Source: a virus (Duplodnaviria > Heunggongvirae > Uroviricota > Caudoviricetes). Taken from it: a stretch of DNA of 19,102 nt. Below, in pieces: positions 1 through 7,844 of the stretch. A program made the position numbers and the translations under genes. The DNA lies in IMG/VR virus record IMGVR_UViG_2630968705_000015. One strand, given 5' to 3'. Under the pieces are notes generated by a model. That model ran no database searches, had not been told where the DNA came from, and saw only the letters and a list, made by a program, of their open reading frames with translations. How positions within the stretch are numbered: position 1 is the first letter of the stretch; each line of letters begins with the position of its first letter.

Positions 1-318
1 ATGAAAAAGACAGCTGCTATATCATTAATTAGTGTTTTTCTTATGTCTGGTTGTGCTGTGCATAATGATGAGACAAGTATCGGTAAATTCGGTCTTGCCT
101 ATAAAAGTAATATCCAGCGTAAACTCGATAACCAATACTACACTGAAGCCGAAGCATCTTTAGCCAGGGGCAGAATATCTGGTGCAGAAAATATAGTGAA
201 AAATGATGCAGCTAATTTCTGTGTTACTCAGGGCAAAAAAATGCAGATAGTTAACCTGAAGACTGAAGGGGCAGGATTACATGGCGTCGCGCGTCTGACA
301 TTCAAATGTGGAGAGTGA
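1..318 (+). CDS. yegR: Small lipoprotein (105 aa), bacterial flank; likely YegR-like by position
   Basis: ATG at position 1. N-terminus MKKTAAISLISVFLMSGC is a signal peptide with lipobox L-M-S-G-C. Lies on the bacterial side of the P2 core. Symbol is inferred from remembered E. coli K-12 gene order (yegQ-cyaR-ogrK-yegZ-yegR) and the 105-aa length, not from sequence recall. Confidence 0.6.
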   Translation: MKKTAAISLISVFLMSGCAVHNDETSIGKFGLAYKSNIQRKLDNQYYTEAEASLARGRISGAENIVKNDAANFCVTQGKKMQIVNLKTEGAGLHGVARLTFKCGE

Positions 319-550
319 GAATAGATTCAAGACTACCATGGACACATCCATTTTTATCTCTGATAAGGTATTCTTCAACACCATTATTGAATGTGAGTAA
401 TAATGACAAGCAGATAGATGAAACTACAGCAGAATTTTTATTTTATGCGGCTATCAGAAAATGATGGCATAAATATTCCTATGCTTTAGCTTCATTTTTT
501 GTAAGCGTCAAACATGCGCGTTCTGGCTGTGCGTAGCCGGACCCTGTGCG

Positions 551-583
551 AGCACGATGCCGTTAAGTGAAAGGCATCGTGCT
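551..583. repeat. Perfect 11-bp inverted repeat (AGCACGATGCC / GGCATCGTGCT) with 11-nt loop
   Basis: Read directly from the sequence. No flanking T-run on either strand, so not a canonical intrinsic terminator. A weaker hairpin (GGAAGGA ... TCCTTCC) follows at about 614-656. Confidence 0.5.
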
Positions 584-666
584 ATGAAGGGGAATTCTAT
601 CGATATGGTCAATGGAAGGAGGTAACCCGGTATGAATCCTTCCTTCTGTTTCATTGAATTACGCAT

Positions 667-693
667 AAAAAATAAGCCCGTGTAAGGGAGATT
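667..693. other. P2 attachment-site core at attL, identical to the 3' end of the cyaR (ryeE) sRNA gene
   Basis: AAAAAATAAGCCCGTGTAAGGGAGATT matches the 27-bp P2 att core as I recall it, and is the reverse complement of the CyaR 3' terminator (...AATCTCCCTTACACGGGCTTATTTTTT). Sequence to the right diverges from cyaR and runs into int. Confidence 0.75.
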
Positions 694-772
694 TAGGGTG
701 TCACCAGTAGGGGCTTTCAACGGTACAATGCGGGTTTGAGCGGCATAAATTACCACTGAAAGCCCTTAAACG

Positions 773-1786
773 TTACTCTACTGTGGACACTGTGTGGACA
801 CTCTCGGCTTCAGTACCACCTCTTAGCGGATTAAGAGAAATGGCGTCCTGAAGGTACTCTGGCGCAAAATGAGCGTAAACCATAGTTTGCTCAATCCGCG
901 TGTGACCTAGTATCCGTTGTAGCGTGATAATACTTCCTCCATTAATCATGAAATGAGTGGCAAAGCTGTGCCTTAGTGCATGTGTGGCTTGCCCCGTTGG
1001 CAAATCCGGTTTTATTGCTTTCATTGTTCGTCTGAAGCGAGGGTAATCAGCATCAGGGAATAAAAAACCTCGTTTGTTATCCGCGATCATTTTGGCAACA
1101 GCCTCTGAGATCGGGACGGTGCGTGGTTTGTTTGTTTTCGTTTTAACAAACGTGACGCGGTTATGGATGATATTTTCTGCTTTCAAACGAGCTGCTTCTC
1201 CCCAACGTGCTCCTGTACTCAGGCAAAGAATCGCAATCTTTTTATTGTCGCCGTCAAGTGCTGCAAGCAGTAAGGCAATTTCTTCCTGTGTGAGATAGCC
1301 TGTTTCTGGTTTTTCCTCCTTAAGCCTCTTTGTCCCTCTGATAGGGTGCTCACCAAAGAATAACTCCGCTTCAATCAGGGCTGTAAACATGCCGCTAATA
1401 CATGTTAAATCACGATTGATACTCGAAGGTTTAATACCCTGACTTCTTCGGGTGGCGCAGTACTGGCTGATAAGGGATTTCGTGATTTGAAATGCGCATG
1501 GGTCATTCGTTATTTTTGTGAAGATTTCAATTTTTCCAAGATTAGATTTCCCATGCTCTTCGTGTTTACCCTTTAAATCCCACCAGATCTGTGTCAGTTC
1601 CGACAGACGTCGTTTGTCTGTTGGTTTTGATAGCCATTCTTTATTGTGGTGGTTGTACAACGTGTATTTTTCGAAAGCGACAGCTTCGCTTTTCTTATCA
1701 AACTTCCTACGGATGCGTTTTCCGTTACGTCCAGTAGGGCGGATGTCCACTTCATATCGACCATCATCGAGTTTTTTGATTGCCAT
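773..1786 (-). CDS. int: Tyrosine integrase (P2 Int-like, 337 aa)
   Basis: ORF track. C-terminal HALRHSFATHF ... LGHTRIEQTMVYAHF fits the tyrosine-recombinase R/H-x-x-R/Y pattern. Adjacent to att core. GGAGGG ribosome-binding site upstream of the ATG. Confidence 0.9.
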   Translation of the reverse strand: MAIKKLDDGRYEVDIRPTGRNGKRIRRKFDKKSEAVAFEKYTLYNHHNKEWLSKPTDKRRLSELTQIWWDLKGKHEEHGKSNLGKIEIFTKITNDPCAFQITKSLISQYCATRRSQGIKPSSINRDLTCISGMFTALIEAELFFGEHPIRGTKRLKEEKPETGYLTQEEIALLLAALDGDNKKIAILCLSTGARWGEAARLKAENIIHNRVTFVKTKTNKPRTVPISEAVAKMIADNKRGFLFPDADYPRFRRTMKAIKPDLPTGQATHALRHSFATHFMINGGSIITLQRILGHTRIEQTMVYAHFAPEYLQDAISLNPLRGGTEAESVHTVSTVE

Positions 1787-1901
1787 CAGAAAACCCTCCG
1801 AGTGGTACTTTTTTTTGCTACTACTAATCGCTTTTTTCGTGGTGGCTGAAATTTAGCCACCAATAGTAGGCACTTGTGATGAATATATTCACGATAAATT
1901 G

Positions 1902-2201
1902 TTAACCAGTCTTTTGACCGGAGTGGGGCGACGTTGTTTCGTTTTGCCCAAAGTGTGCGAGAGCGGGCGCAATTTGCCCGGCTTCTGGAGCTACCTGATC
2001 AGTCATGAACCACAAAGTATATTTAGTAAATCTGGGATGTTGTAAGACCTTCATTATGGCTTCAACTCCAGCGTTTTTTGACCGGCTCTCATAGCTCGAA
2101 AGTGAGCTGTAGGCTACACCAGTTAATTCACTGAATTCTTTACGGTTTAACCTTTCAGATTCACGGATTAGCTTCAACTTCTCCGAAACGTCTATTGACA
2201 T
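1902..2201 (-). CDS. C: Immunity repressor (P2 C-like, 99 aa)
   Basis: Track ORF 1902..2273 starts at TTG. Internal ATG at 2199-2201 has a GGAG site 5 nt upstream and gives 99 aa. Helix-turn-helix-like segment QQ/KEFSELTGVAYSSLSSYE. Divergent from cox. Confidence 0.75.
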   Translation of the reverse strand: MSIDVSEKLKLIRESERLNRKEFSELTGVAYSSLSSYESRSKNAGVEAIMKVLQHPRFTKYTLWFMTDQVAPEAGQIAPALAHFGQNETTSPHSGQKTG

Positions 2202-2322
2202 AATTACTCCGATTGCGTAATTTCTTGCTGATTGTGTGAAATGTTGTGCTTCTGGAGTTATCCTTTTAGGCAATAATTAGCCATTAGGAGCCATTAGAAG
2301 CACTAATGGAGAATCGTAGCAG
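2202..2322. promoter_or_regulatory. Lysis-lysogeny switch region between C and cox, with repeated AGCCATTAG elements
   Basis: 121-bp gap between divergent C and cox starts. Direct repeats AGCCATTAG at 2279-2287 and 2289-2297, plus an inverted copy CTAATGG at 2303-2309. Promoters Pe/Pc not resolved. Confidence 0.5.
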
Positions 2323-2598
2323 ATGAATAGACAGCTTGTAAGCGTGACTGATGCCGTGCCTTATCAGGAGTTTGCAAAACTCATTGGTAAAACTCCAAGA
2401 GCTGTAAGGGGCATGATTGAGAAAGGGAAATTACCAGTTATTGAGATTACTGACCCTCAGTCAGTATCGGGGCGTGCTGGTGAATATTGGGTATACCTTC
2501 CGGCATGGAATAACGGACTAAAACTGGCTTATGAAAGCCGTCCTAAAGAGATTCGTGACGGCTGGTTGATGTGGTTAGGTCTCGGTGAACCACGTTAA
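2323..2598 (+). CDS. cox: Cox-like excisionase / transcriptional regulator (91 aa)
   Basis: ATG at 2323. 91 aa as in P2 Cox. First gene of the rightward early operon, opposite C. Confidence 0.8.
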   Translation: MNRQLVSVTDAVPYQEFAKLIGKTPRAVRGMIEKGKLPVIEITDPQSVSGRAGEYWVYLPAWNNGLKLAYESRPKEIRDGWLMWLGLGEPR

Positions 2599-2608
2599 GG
2601 AGAACCGT

Positions 2609-2779
2609 ATGAATGAGCCTCGTTGTATTGCTCAGTTATTGCGTAACGAAAGCCCCAGGGCGATTGACTTCACCATCACCCACGGTAAGGGGCGTAAGGG
2701 AATCATTATCCGCACCAAAAAACAGAGTCCGTTAAAAAAGGCTCTGACCTTTCTGAAAAGCCGGAGGGTCTGGAAATGA
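2609..2779 (+). CDS. Small early protein of unknown function (56 aa)
   Basis: Track ORF starts at GTG 2585. ATG at 2609 follows an AAGGAG site at 2596-2601 with 7-nt spacing. Stop overlaps the B start (ATGA). Sits where P2 has a small ORF between cox and B. Confidence 0.5.
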   Translation: MNEPRCIAQLLRNESPRAIDFTITHGKGRKGIIIRTKKQSPLKKALTFLKSRRVWK

Positions 2780-3276
2780 CAGTGATGACGCTCAATCTCG
2801 TTGAAAAACAGCCAGCAGCTATGCGCCGGATAATTGGCAAGCATCTTGCCGTCCCTCGCTGGCAGGATACATGTGATTATTATAATCAGATGATGGAACG
2901 CGAACGGCTAACGGTTTGCTTCCATGCGCAGTTAAAACAGCGTCACGCAACGATGCGTTTTGAAGAAATGAACGACGTCGAACGTGAACGGCTGGTTTGT
3001 GCAATTGATGAATTGCGTGGGGCATTCTCAAAACGCCGTCAGGTTGGCGCAAGTGAGTATGCATATATTAGTTTTTTAACAGTCAGTCAGCGTCGTACTT
3101 TATTTATGCATGCCGGATTGACTGAAAAAGAATTCAACCAGCCATACTGGCGAATTAATGAAGAATCATGTTACTGGCGTGATGCTTTATTCCGTGCATT
3201 ACGTGAATTATTCAGCCTGTTTGAGTATGCACCGACAATTCTGACGTCGGTAAAACCAGAGCAATATCTGCATTAA
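2776..3276 (+). CDS. B: P2 B-like replication protein (166 aa)
   Basis: ATG at 2776 after a GGAGGG site. 166 aa equals the remembered P2 gpB length. Position between cox and A. Confidence 0.75.
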   Translation: MTVMTLNLVEKQPAAMRRIIGKHLAVPRWQDTCDYYNQMMERERLTVCFHAQLKQRHATMRFEEMNDVERERLVCAIDELRGAFSKRRQVGASEYAYISFLTVSQRRTLFMHAGLTEKEFNQPYWRINEESCYWRDALFRALRELFSLFEYAPTILTSVKPEQYLH

Positions 3277-3339
3277 ATAATTAACCAGAGTTTTTAACGC
3301 ACTTAATCGTGCGGGGCTTCTTTTTGCCTGGAGAAAGTC

Positions 3340-3564
3340 ATGCATACAGTTTCTGAAAATCAGTGCGGTAAATACGCATTACTGCTGCAACAGGCCAGAA
3401 CCGAAGCACAGGCCGACGCTGCGACGCGCTTTTCTTCTCATCTTGACGCCATGATTCGCCACATCACAAAGGCGGAGTTATCCCGCGTGGAGATAGTCGA
3501 GCTGCTCAGTCAGGAGTCGGAAAAATTTCACAACATCGGATTGTCTCGCGGGGAGGTGCTTTGA
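3340..3564 (+). CDS. Hypothetical early protein (74 aa)
   Basis: ATG at 3340 preceded by GGAGAAAG. Stop overlaps the next start (TGATG). Confidence 0.55.
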   Translation: MHTVSENQCGKYALLLQQARTEAQADAATRFSSHLDAMIRHITKAELSRVEIVELLSQESEKFHNIGLSRGEVL

Positions 3565-3863
3565 TGTCCTGTTCTCGTTCAGTTGTTTTACTGAACAATG
3601 CCTTAAAAATCGTCGTTATGAAAAATGGCGATTTGTCTCTTATTCAACTTGGTCTTGATAAAGAAAAACGCGAAATAACTGAATCTGTTATCGCGATTTA
3701 TCAGAGTGAATTAAACCTCCTGTCTGATGTGGTCAATTTACTTGTTAAACGCGCTGTATTTCACAAGCAAATTTCCTCAGTGGATGAACTGACAAAATTA
3801 ACGACAGAACTTGCCAGTTATTGCGCTGATGTATCCAGGAAACTTAACGATAAAAGGAGCTGA
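3564..3863 (+). CDS. Hypothetical early protein (99 aa), AT-rich
   Basis: Track start is TTG 3561. ATG at 3564 follows a GGGAGGTG site. Locally AT-rich compared with neighbouring genes. Confidence 0.55.
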   Translation: MSCSRSVVLLNNALKIVVMKNGDLSLIQLGLDKEKREITESVIAIYQSELNLLSDVVNLLVKRAVFHKQISSVDELTKLTTELASYCADVSRKLNDKRS

Positions 3864-3865
3864 TA

Positions 3866-4090
3866 ATGCCGGACAACGTAGATTTTATTCAGGAACAACA
3901 GGCTGAATTACTGGAGCGCCAGATTAACGCGGCAAGGGTAAAACATTGCGGTGCTTCTGCGCTGGTTTGCGAAGAGTGTGACGCGCCAATACCTGCTGCC
4001 CGTCGTGCGGCTTACCCGTCAGCCACGCGTTGTGTTTCCTGTCAGTCAGTCTTTGAAGCAAAAAACAAACATTACCGGAGAACGGCATGA
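3866..4090 (+). CDS. TraR/DksA-family C4 zinc-finger protein (74 aa)
   Basis: AAAAGGAG site then ATG at 3866. Motif CEEC-x17-CVSC matches the DksA/TraR CxxC-x17-CxxC finger. Confidence 0.65.
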   Translation: MPDNVDFIQEQQAELLERQINAARVKHCGASALVCEECDAPIPAARRAAYPSATRCVSCQSVFEAKNKHYRRTA

Positions 4091-4362
4091 GTATTCGTAT
4101 TGAAATTGGCGAACGTTATGTCGTTACCAGTGACAGCTTTCAGTTTATTCTCCACGAGAAAAAGAGAGCGGAAAGCGGTAAAAACGCCGGTCAGGAATGG
4201 CTGGCGGTGGTTGGTTATTACCCGAAATTAAGCCAGCTCGTTTCCGGCCTGATGCATCACGATATTCTGACCGGAAGCGCAAAGTCTTTTGCTGATTTAA
4301 ACGCGCAGGTTGAGCAACTCAGCAAGCGTTGTTCAGAGGCTTTTGGCTCATATGGCCGTTAA
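4087..4362 (+). CDS. Hypothetical early protein (91 aa)
   Basis: ATG at 4087 overlapping the upstream stop (ATGA), GGAG upstream. Last small ORF before A. Confidence 0.55.
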   Translation: MSIRIEIGERYVVTSDSFQFILHEKKRAESGKNAGQEWLAVVGYYPKLSQLVSGLMHHDILTGSAKSFADLNAQVEQLSKRCSEAFGSYGR

Positions 4363-6475
4363 AGCCTCCGGGCGTTTTGTCCCTCCGTCAGCATTTGCCG
4401 CAGGCACCGGTAAGACGTTTACCGGTGCTTACGCATGGAACGCGCCACGCGAGGCCGTCGGGCGCGAAAGACCCCTTACACGTGACGAGATGCGTCAGGT
4501 GCAAGGTGTTTTATCCACGATTAACCGCCTGCCTTACTTTTTGCGCTCGCTGTTTACTTCACGCTATGACTACATCCGGCGCAATAAAAGCCCGGTGCAC
4601 GGGTTTTATTTCCTCACATCCACTTTTCAGCGTCGTTTATGGCCGCGCATTGAGCGTGTGAATCAGCGCCATGAAATGAACACCGACGCGTCGTTACTGT
4701 TTCTGGCAGAGCGTGACCACTATGCGCGCCTGCCGGGAATGAATGACAAGGAGCTGAAAAAGTTTGCTGCCCGTATCTCATCGCAGCTTTTCATGATGTA
4801 TGAGGAACTCAGCGATGCCTGGGTGGATGCGCATGGCGAAAAAGAATCGCTGTTTACGGATGAGGCGCAGGCTCACCTCTATGGTCATGTTGCTGGCGCT
4901 GCACGTGCTTTCAATATTTCCCCTCTCTACTGGAAAAAATACCGTAAAGGGCAGATGACCACGAGGCAGGCATATTCTGCCATTGCCCGTCTGTTTAACG
5001 ATGAGTGGTGGACTCATCAGCTTAAAGGCCAGCGTATGCGCTGGCATGAGGCGTTACTGATTGCTGTCGGGGAGGTCAATAAAGACCGTTCTCCTTATGC
5101 CAGTAAACATGCCATTCGTGATGTGCGTGCACGCCGCCAGGCAAATCTGGAATTTCTTAAATCGTGTGATCTCGAAAACAGGGAAACCGGCGAGCGCATC
5201 GACCTTATCAGTAAGGTGATGGGCAGTATTTCTAATCCTGAAATTCGCCGGATGGAGCTGATGAACACCATTGCCGGTATTGAGCGTTATGCCGCAGCAG
5301 AGGGTGATGTGGGGATGTTTATCACGCTGACCGCGCCGTCAAAGTATCACCCGATACGTCAGGTCAGAAAAGGCGAAAGTAAAACCGTCCAGCTAAATCA
5401 CGGCTGGAACGATGAGGCATTTAATCCAAAGGATGCGCAGCGTTATCTCTGCCGTATCTGGAGCCTGATGCGCACGGCATTCAAGGATAATGATTTACAG
5501 GTCTACGGTTTGCGTGTCGTCGAGCCACACCACGACGGAACGCCGCACTGGCATATGATGCTTTTTTGTAATCCGCGCCAGCGTAACCAGATTATCGAAA
5601 TCATGCGTCGCTATGCGCTCAAAGAGGATGGCGACGAAAGAGGAGCCGCGCGAAACCGTTTTCAGGCAAAACACCTTAATCGGGGCGGTGCTGCGGGGTA
5701 TATCGCGAAATACATCTCAAAAAACATCGACGGCTATGCACTGGATGGTCAGCTCGATAACGATACCGGCAGACCTCTGAAAGATACTGCCGCGGCTGTT
5801 ACTGCATGGGCGTCAACGTGGCGCATCCCGCAATTTAAAACGGTTGGTCTGCCGACAATGGGGGCTTACCGTGAACTACGCAAATTGCCGCGCGGCGTCA
5901 GCATTGCTGATGAGTTTGACGAGCGCGTCGAGGCTGCACGCGCCGCCGCAGACAGTGGTGATTTTGCGCTGTATATCAGCGCGCAGGGTGGGGCAAATGT
6001 CCCGCGCGATTGTCAGACTGTCAGGGTCGCCCGTAGCCCGTCGGATGACGTTAACGAGTACGAGGAAGAAGTCGAGAGAGTGGTCGGCATTTACGCGCCG
6101 CATCTCGGCGCGCGTCATATTCATATCACCAGAACGACGGACTGGCGCATTGTGCCGAAAGTTCCGGTCGTTGAGCCTTTGACTTTAAAAAGCGGCATCG
6201 CCGCGCCTCGGAGTCCTGTCAATAACTGTGGAAAGCTCACTGGTGGTGATGCTTCGTTACTGGCTCCCACACCTTCTGAGCACGCCGCAGCAGTGCTTAA
6301 TCTGGTAGATGACGGTGTTATCGAATGGAATGACCCGGAGGTCTTGAAAGTGCTTAATCTGGCATTGAAAATAGAAGCATCACGTAAATGTACAAACAAA
6401 GGAGACACACGAGCAGGCATAGTTGGCGAGTCAACCGCGATTTTCAATGTACAGGATGCTGATAATCAACAATGA
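4352..6475 (+). CDS. A: Rolling-circle replication initiator (P2 A-like)
   Basis: HUH-type motif PHWHMM (about 5543-5560) and tyrosine motif GYIAKYISK (about 5697-5723), typical of RCR initiators. Start uncertain: track gives TTG 4310; first in-frame ATG is 4352, overlapping the upstream stop. Confidence 0.8.
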   Translation: MAVKASGRFVPPSAFAAGTGKTFTGAYAWNAPREAVGRERPLTRDEMRQVQGVLSTINRLPYFLRSLFTSRYDYIRRNKSPVHGFYFLTSTFQRRLWPRIERVNQRHEMNTDASLLFLAERDHYARLPGMNDKELKKFAARISSQLFMMYEELSDAWVDAHGEKESLFTDEAQAHLYGHVAGAARAFNISPLYWKKYRKGQMTTRQAYSAIARLFNDEWWTHQLKGQRMRWHEALLIAVGEVNKDRSPYASKHAIRDVRARRQANLEFLKSCDLENRETGERIDLISKVMGSISNPEIRRMELMNTIAGIERYAAAEGDVGMFITLTAPSKYHPIRQVRKGESKTVQLNHGWNDEAFNPKDAQRYLCRIWSLMRTAFKDNDLQVYGLRVVEPHHDGTPHWHMMLFCNPRQRNQIIEIMRRYALKEDGDERGAARNRFQAKHLNRGGAAGYIAKYISKNIDGYALDGQLDNDTGRPLKDTAAAVTAWASTWRIPQFKTVGLPTMGAYRELRKLPRGVSIADEFDERVEAARAAADSGDFALYISAQGGANVPRDCQTVRVARSPSDDVNEYEEEVERVVGIYAPHLGARHIHITRTTDWRIVPKVPVVEPLTLKSGIAAPRSPVNNCGKLTGGDASLLAPTPSEHAAAVLNLVDDGVIEWNDPEVLKVLNLALKIEASRKCTNKGDTRAGIVGESTAIFNVQDADNQQ

Positions 6476-6596
6476 TAGCTATTGTGACTATGCTAACCAT
6501 ATGAATCTATTGTGTGATTATGAGTAATGACTTTTTCTAATATTTGATTTTTAATGTAGTAACTTAGCTAATTTTAAAATTTGTAAAAGGATGTTT
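6476..6596 (+). promoter_or_regulatory. AT-rich intergenic region, presumed promoter of the SIR2/HerA cassette
   Basis: About 120 bp of very AT-rich DNA after the A stop, with several TTGnnn / TAnnnT hexamers (for example TTGATT 6544-6549, TAAAAT 6575-6580). No promoter could be assigned unambiguously. Confidence 0.3.
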
Positions 6597-7844
6597 ATGT
6601 CGATTTATCAAGGTGGTAACAAGTTAAATGAGGATGATTTTCGTTCTCACGTTTATTCCTTGTGTCAATTAGATAATGTTGGCGTTCTGTTAGGTGCTGG
6701 TGCTTCTGTCGGTTGTGGTGGGAAAACGATGAAAGATGTATGGAAATCGTTTAAGCAAAACTACCCTGAGCTTTTGGGAGCACTTATTGATAAATATCTT
6801 CTGGTTTCGCAAATTGATTCTGATAACAATTTGGTCAATGTTGAACTTTTGATAGATGAAGCAACTAAATTTCTTTCTGTAGCTAAAACTAGACGATGTG
6901 AAGATGAAGAGGAGGAATTCAGAAAGATATTAAGTTCATTATATAAAGAGGTTACGAAGGCTGCATTATTAACAGGAGAACAGTTTAGAGAGAAAAATCA
7001 GGGTAAAAAAGATGCGTTTAAATATCACAAAGAGTTAATTTCAAAATTAATTTCAAATAGACAGCCCGGTCAGTCGGCTCCGGCAATTTTTACAACAAAT
7101 TATGATTTGGCCTTAGAGTGGGCTGCAGAAGATTTAGGAATACAGTTGTTTAATGGTTTTTCTGGGCTACATACACGGCAGTTTTATCCCCAGAATTTTG
7201 ATTTGGCTTTCAGAAATGTAAATGCGAAGGGCGAAGCAAGATTCGGACATTATCATGCGTATCTCTATAAATTACATGGCTCACTTACGTGGTATCAAAA
7301 TGATAGCTTGACTGTTAACGAAGTTAGTGCATCTCAAGCATATGATGAATATATTAATGACATAATCAATAAAGATGACTTTTATCGCGGTCAACATTTG
7401 ATTTATCCAGGGGCGAATAAATATAGCCATACAATCGGCTTCGTTTATGGAGAGATGTTTAGACGTTTTGGGGAGTTTATTTCGAAACCTCAAACAGCGT
7501 TGTTCATAAATGGGTTTGGTTTCGGTGATTATCATATAAATAGAATAATATTAGGCGCGTTACTGAATCCATCTTTCCATGTTGTTATATATTATCCTGA
7601 ATTGAAAGAAGCAATTACCAAAGTAAGTAAGGGTGGCGGTTCGGAAGCTGAGAAAGCTATTGTTACTTTAAAAAATATGGCTTTCAATCAAGTAACTGTA
7701 GTTGGGGGAGGAAGCAAGGCATATTTTAATAGTTTCGTAGAACATCTACCATACCCTGTGCTCTTTCCACGAGATAATATTGTTGATGAGTTGGTTGAAG
7801 CAATTGCTAATCTTTCTAAAGGAGAAGGTAATGTCCCTTTTTAA
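6597..7844 (+). CDS. SIR2-like (sirtuin-family, predicted NAD+-hydrolysing) defence protein
   Basis: Motifs LLGAGAS (about 6694-6708), FTTNYD (about 7092-7106) and KLHGS (about 7273-7284) correspond to the GAGxS / TTNYD / HG signature of SIR2-like domains such as Thoeris ThsA. ATG at 6591 or 6597; 6597 has better spacing from the AAAAGG site. AT-rich. Confidence 0.8.
   Translation: MSIYQGGNKLNEDDFRSHVYSLCQLDNVGVLLGAGASVGCGGKTMKDVWKSFKQNYPELLGALIDKYLLVSQIDSDNNLVNVELLIDEATKFLSVAKTRRCEDEEEEFRKILSSLYKEVTKAALLTGEQFREKNQGKKDAFKYHKELISKLISNRQPGQSAPAIFTTNYDLALEWAAEDLGIQLFNGFSGLHTRQFYPQNFDLAFRNVNAKGEARFGHYHAYLYKLHGSLTWYQNDSLTVNEVSASQAYDEYINDIINKDDFYRGQHLIYPGANKYSHTIGFVYGEMFRRFGEFISKPQTALFINGFGFGDYHINRIILGALLNPSFHVVIYYPELKEAITKVSKGGGSEAEKAIVTLKNMAFNQVTVVGGGSKAYFNSFVEHLPYPVLFPRDNIVDELVEAIANLSKGEGNVPF

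Noticed and set aside
508-756. 82-aa minus-strand ORF spanning the att core region
   Set aside because: It overlaps the conserved attachment core and flanking hairpins, has no convincing ribosome-binding site, and its sequence looks like translated non-coding DNA.
319-772. tRNA or tmRNA gene as the integration target
   Set aside because: No cloverleaf or CCA-end features were recognised; the core matches the cyaR 3' end instead.
4329-4661. 110-aa alternative-frame ORF at the 5' end of A
   Set aside because: It overlaps A, which carries the RCR motifs, and has no independent support.
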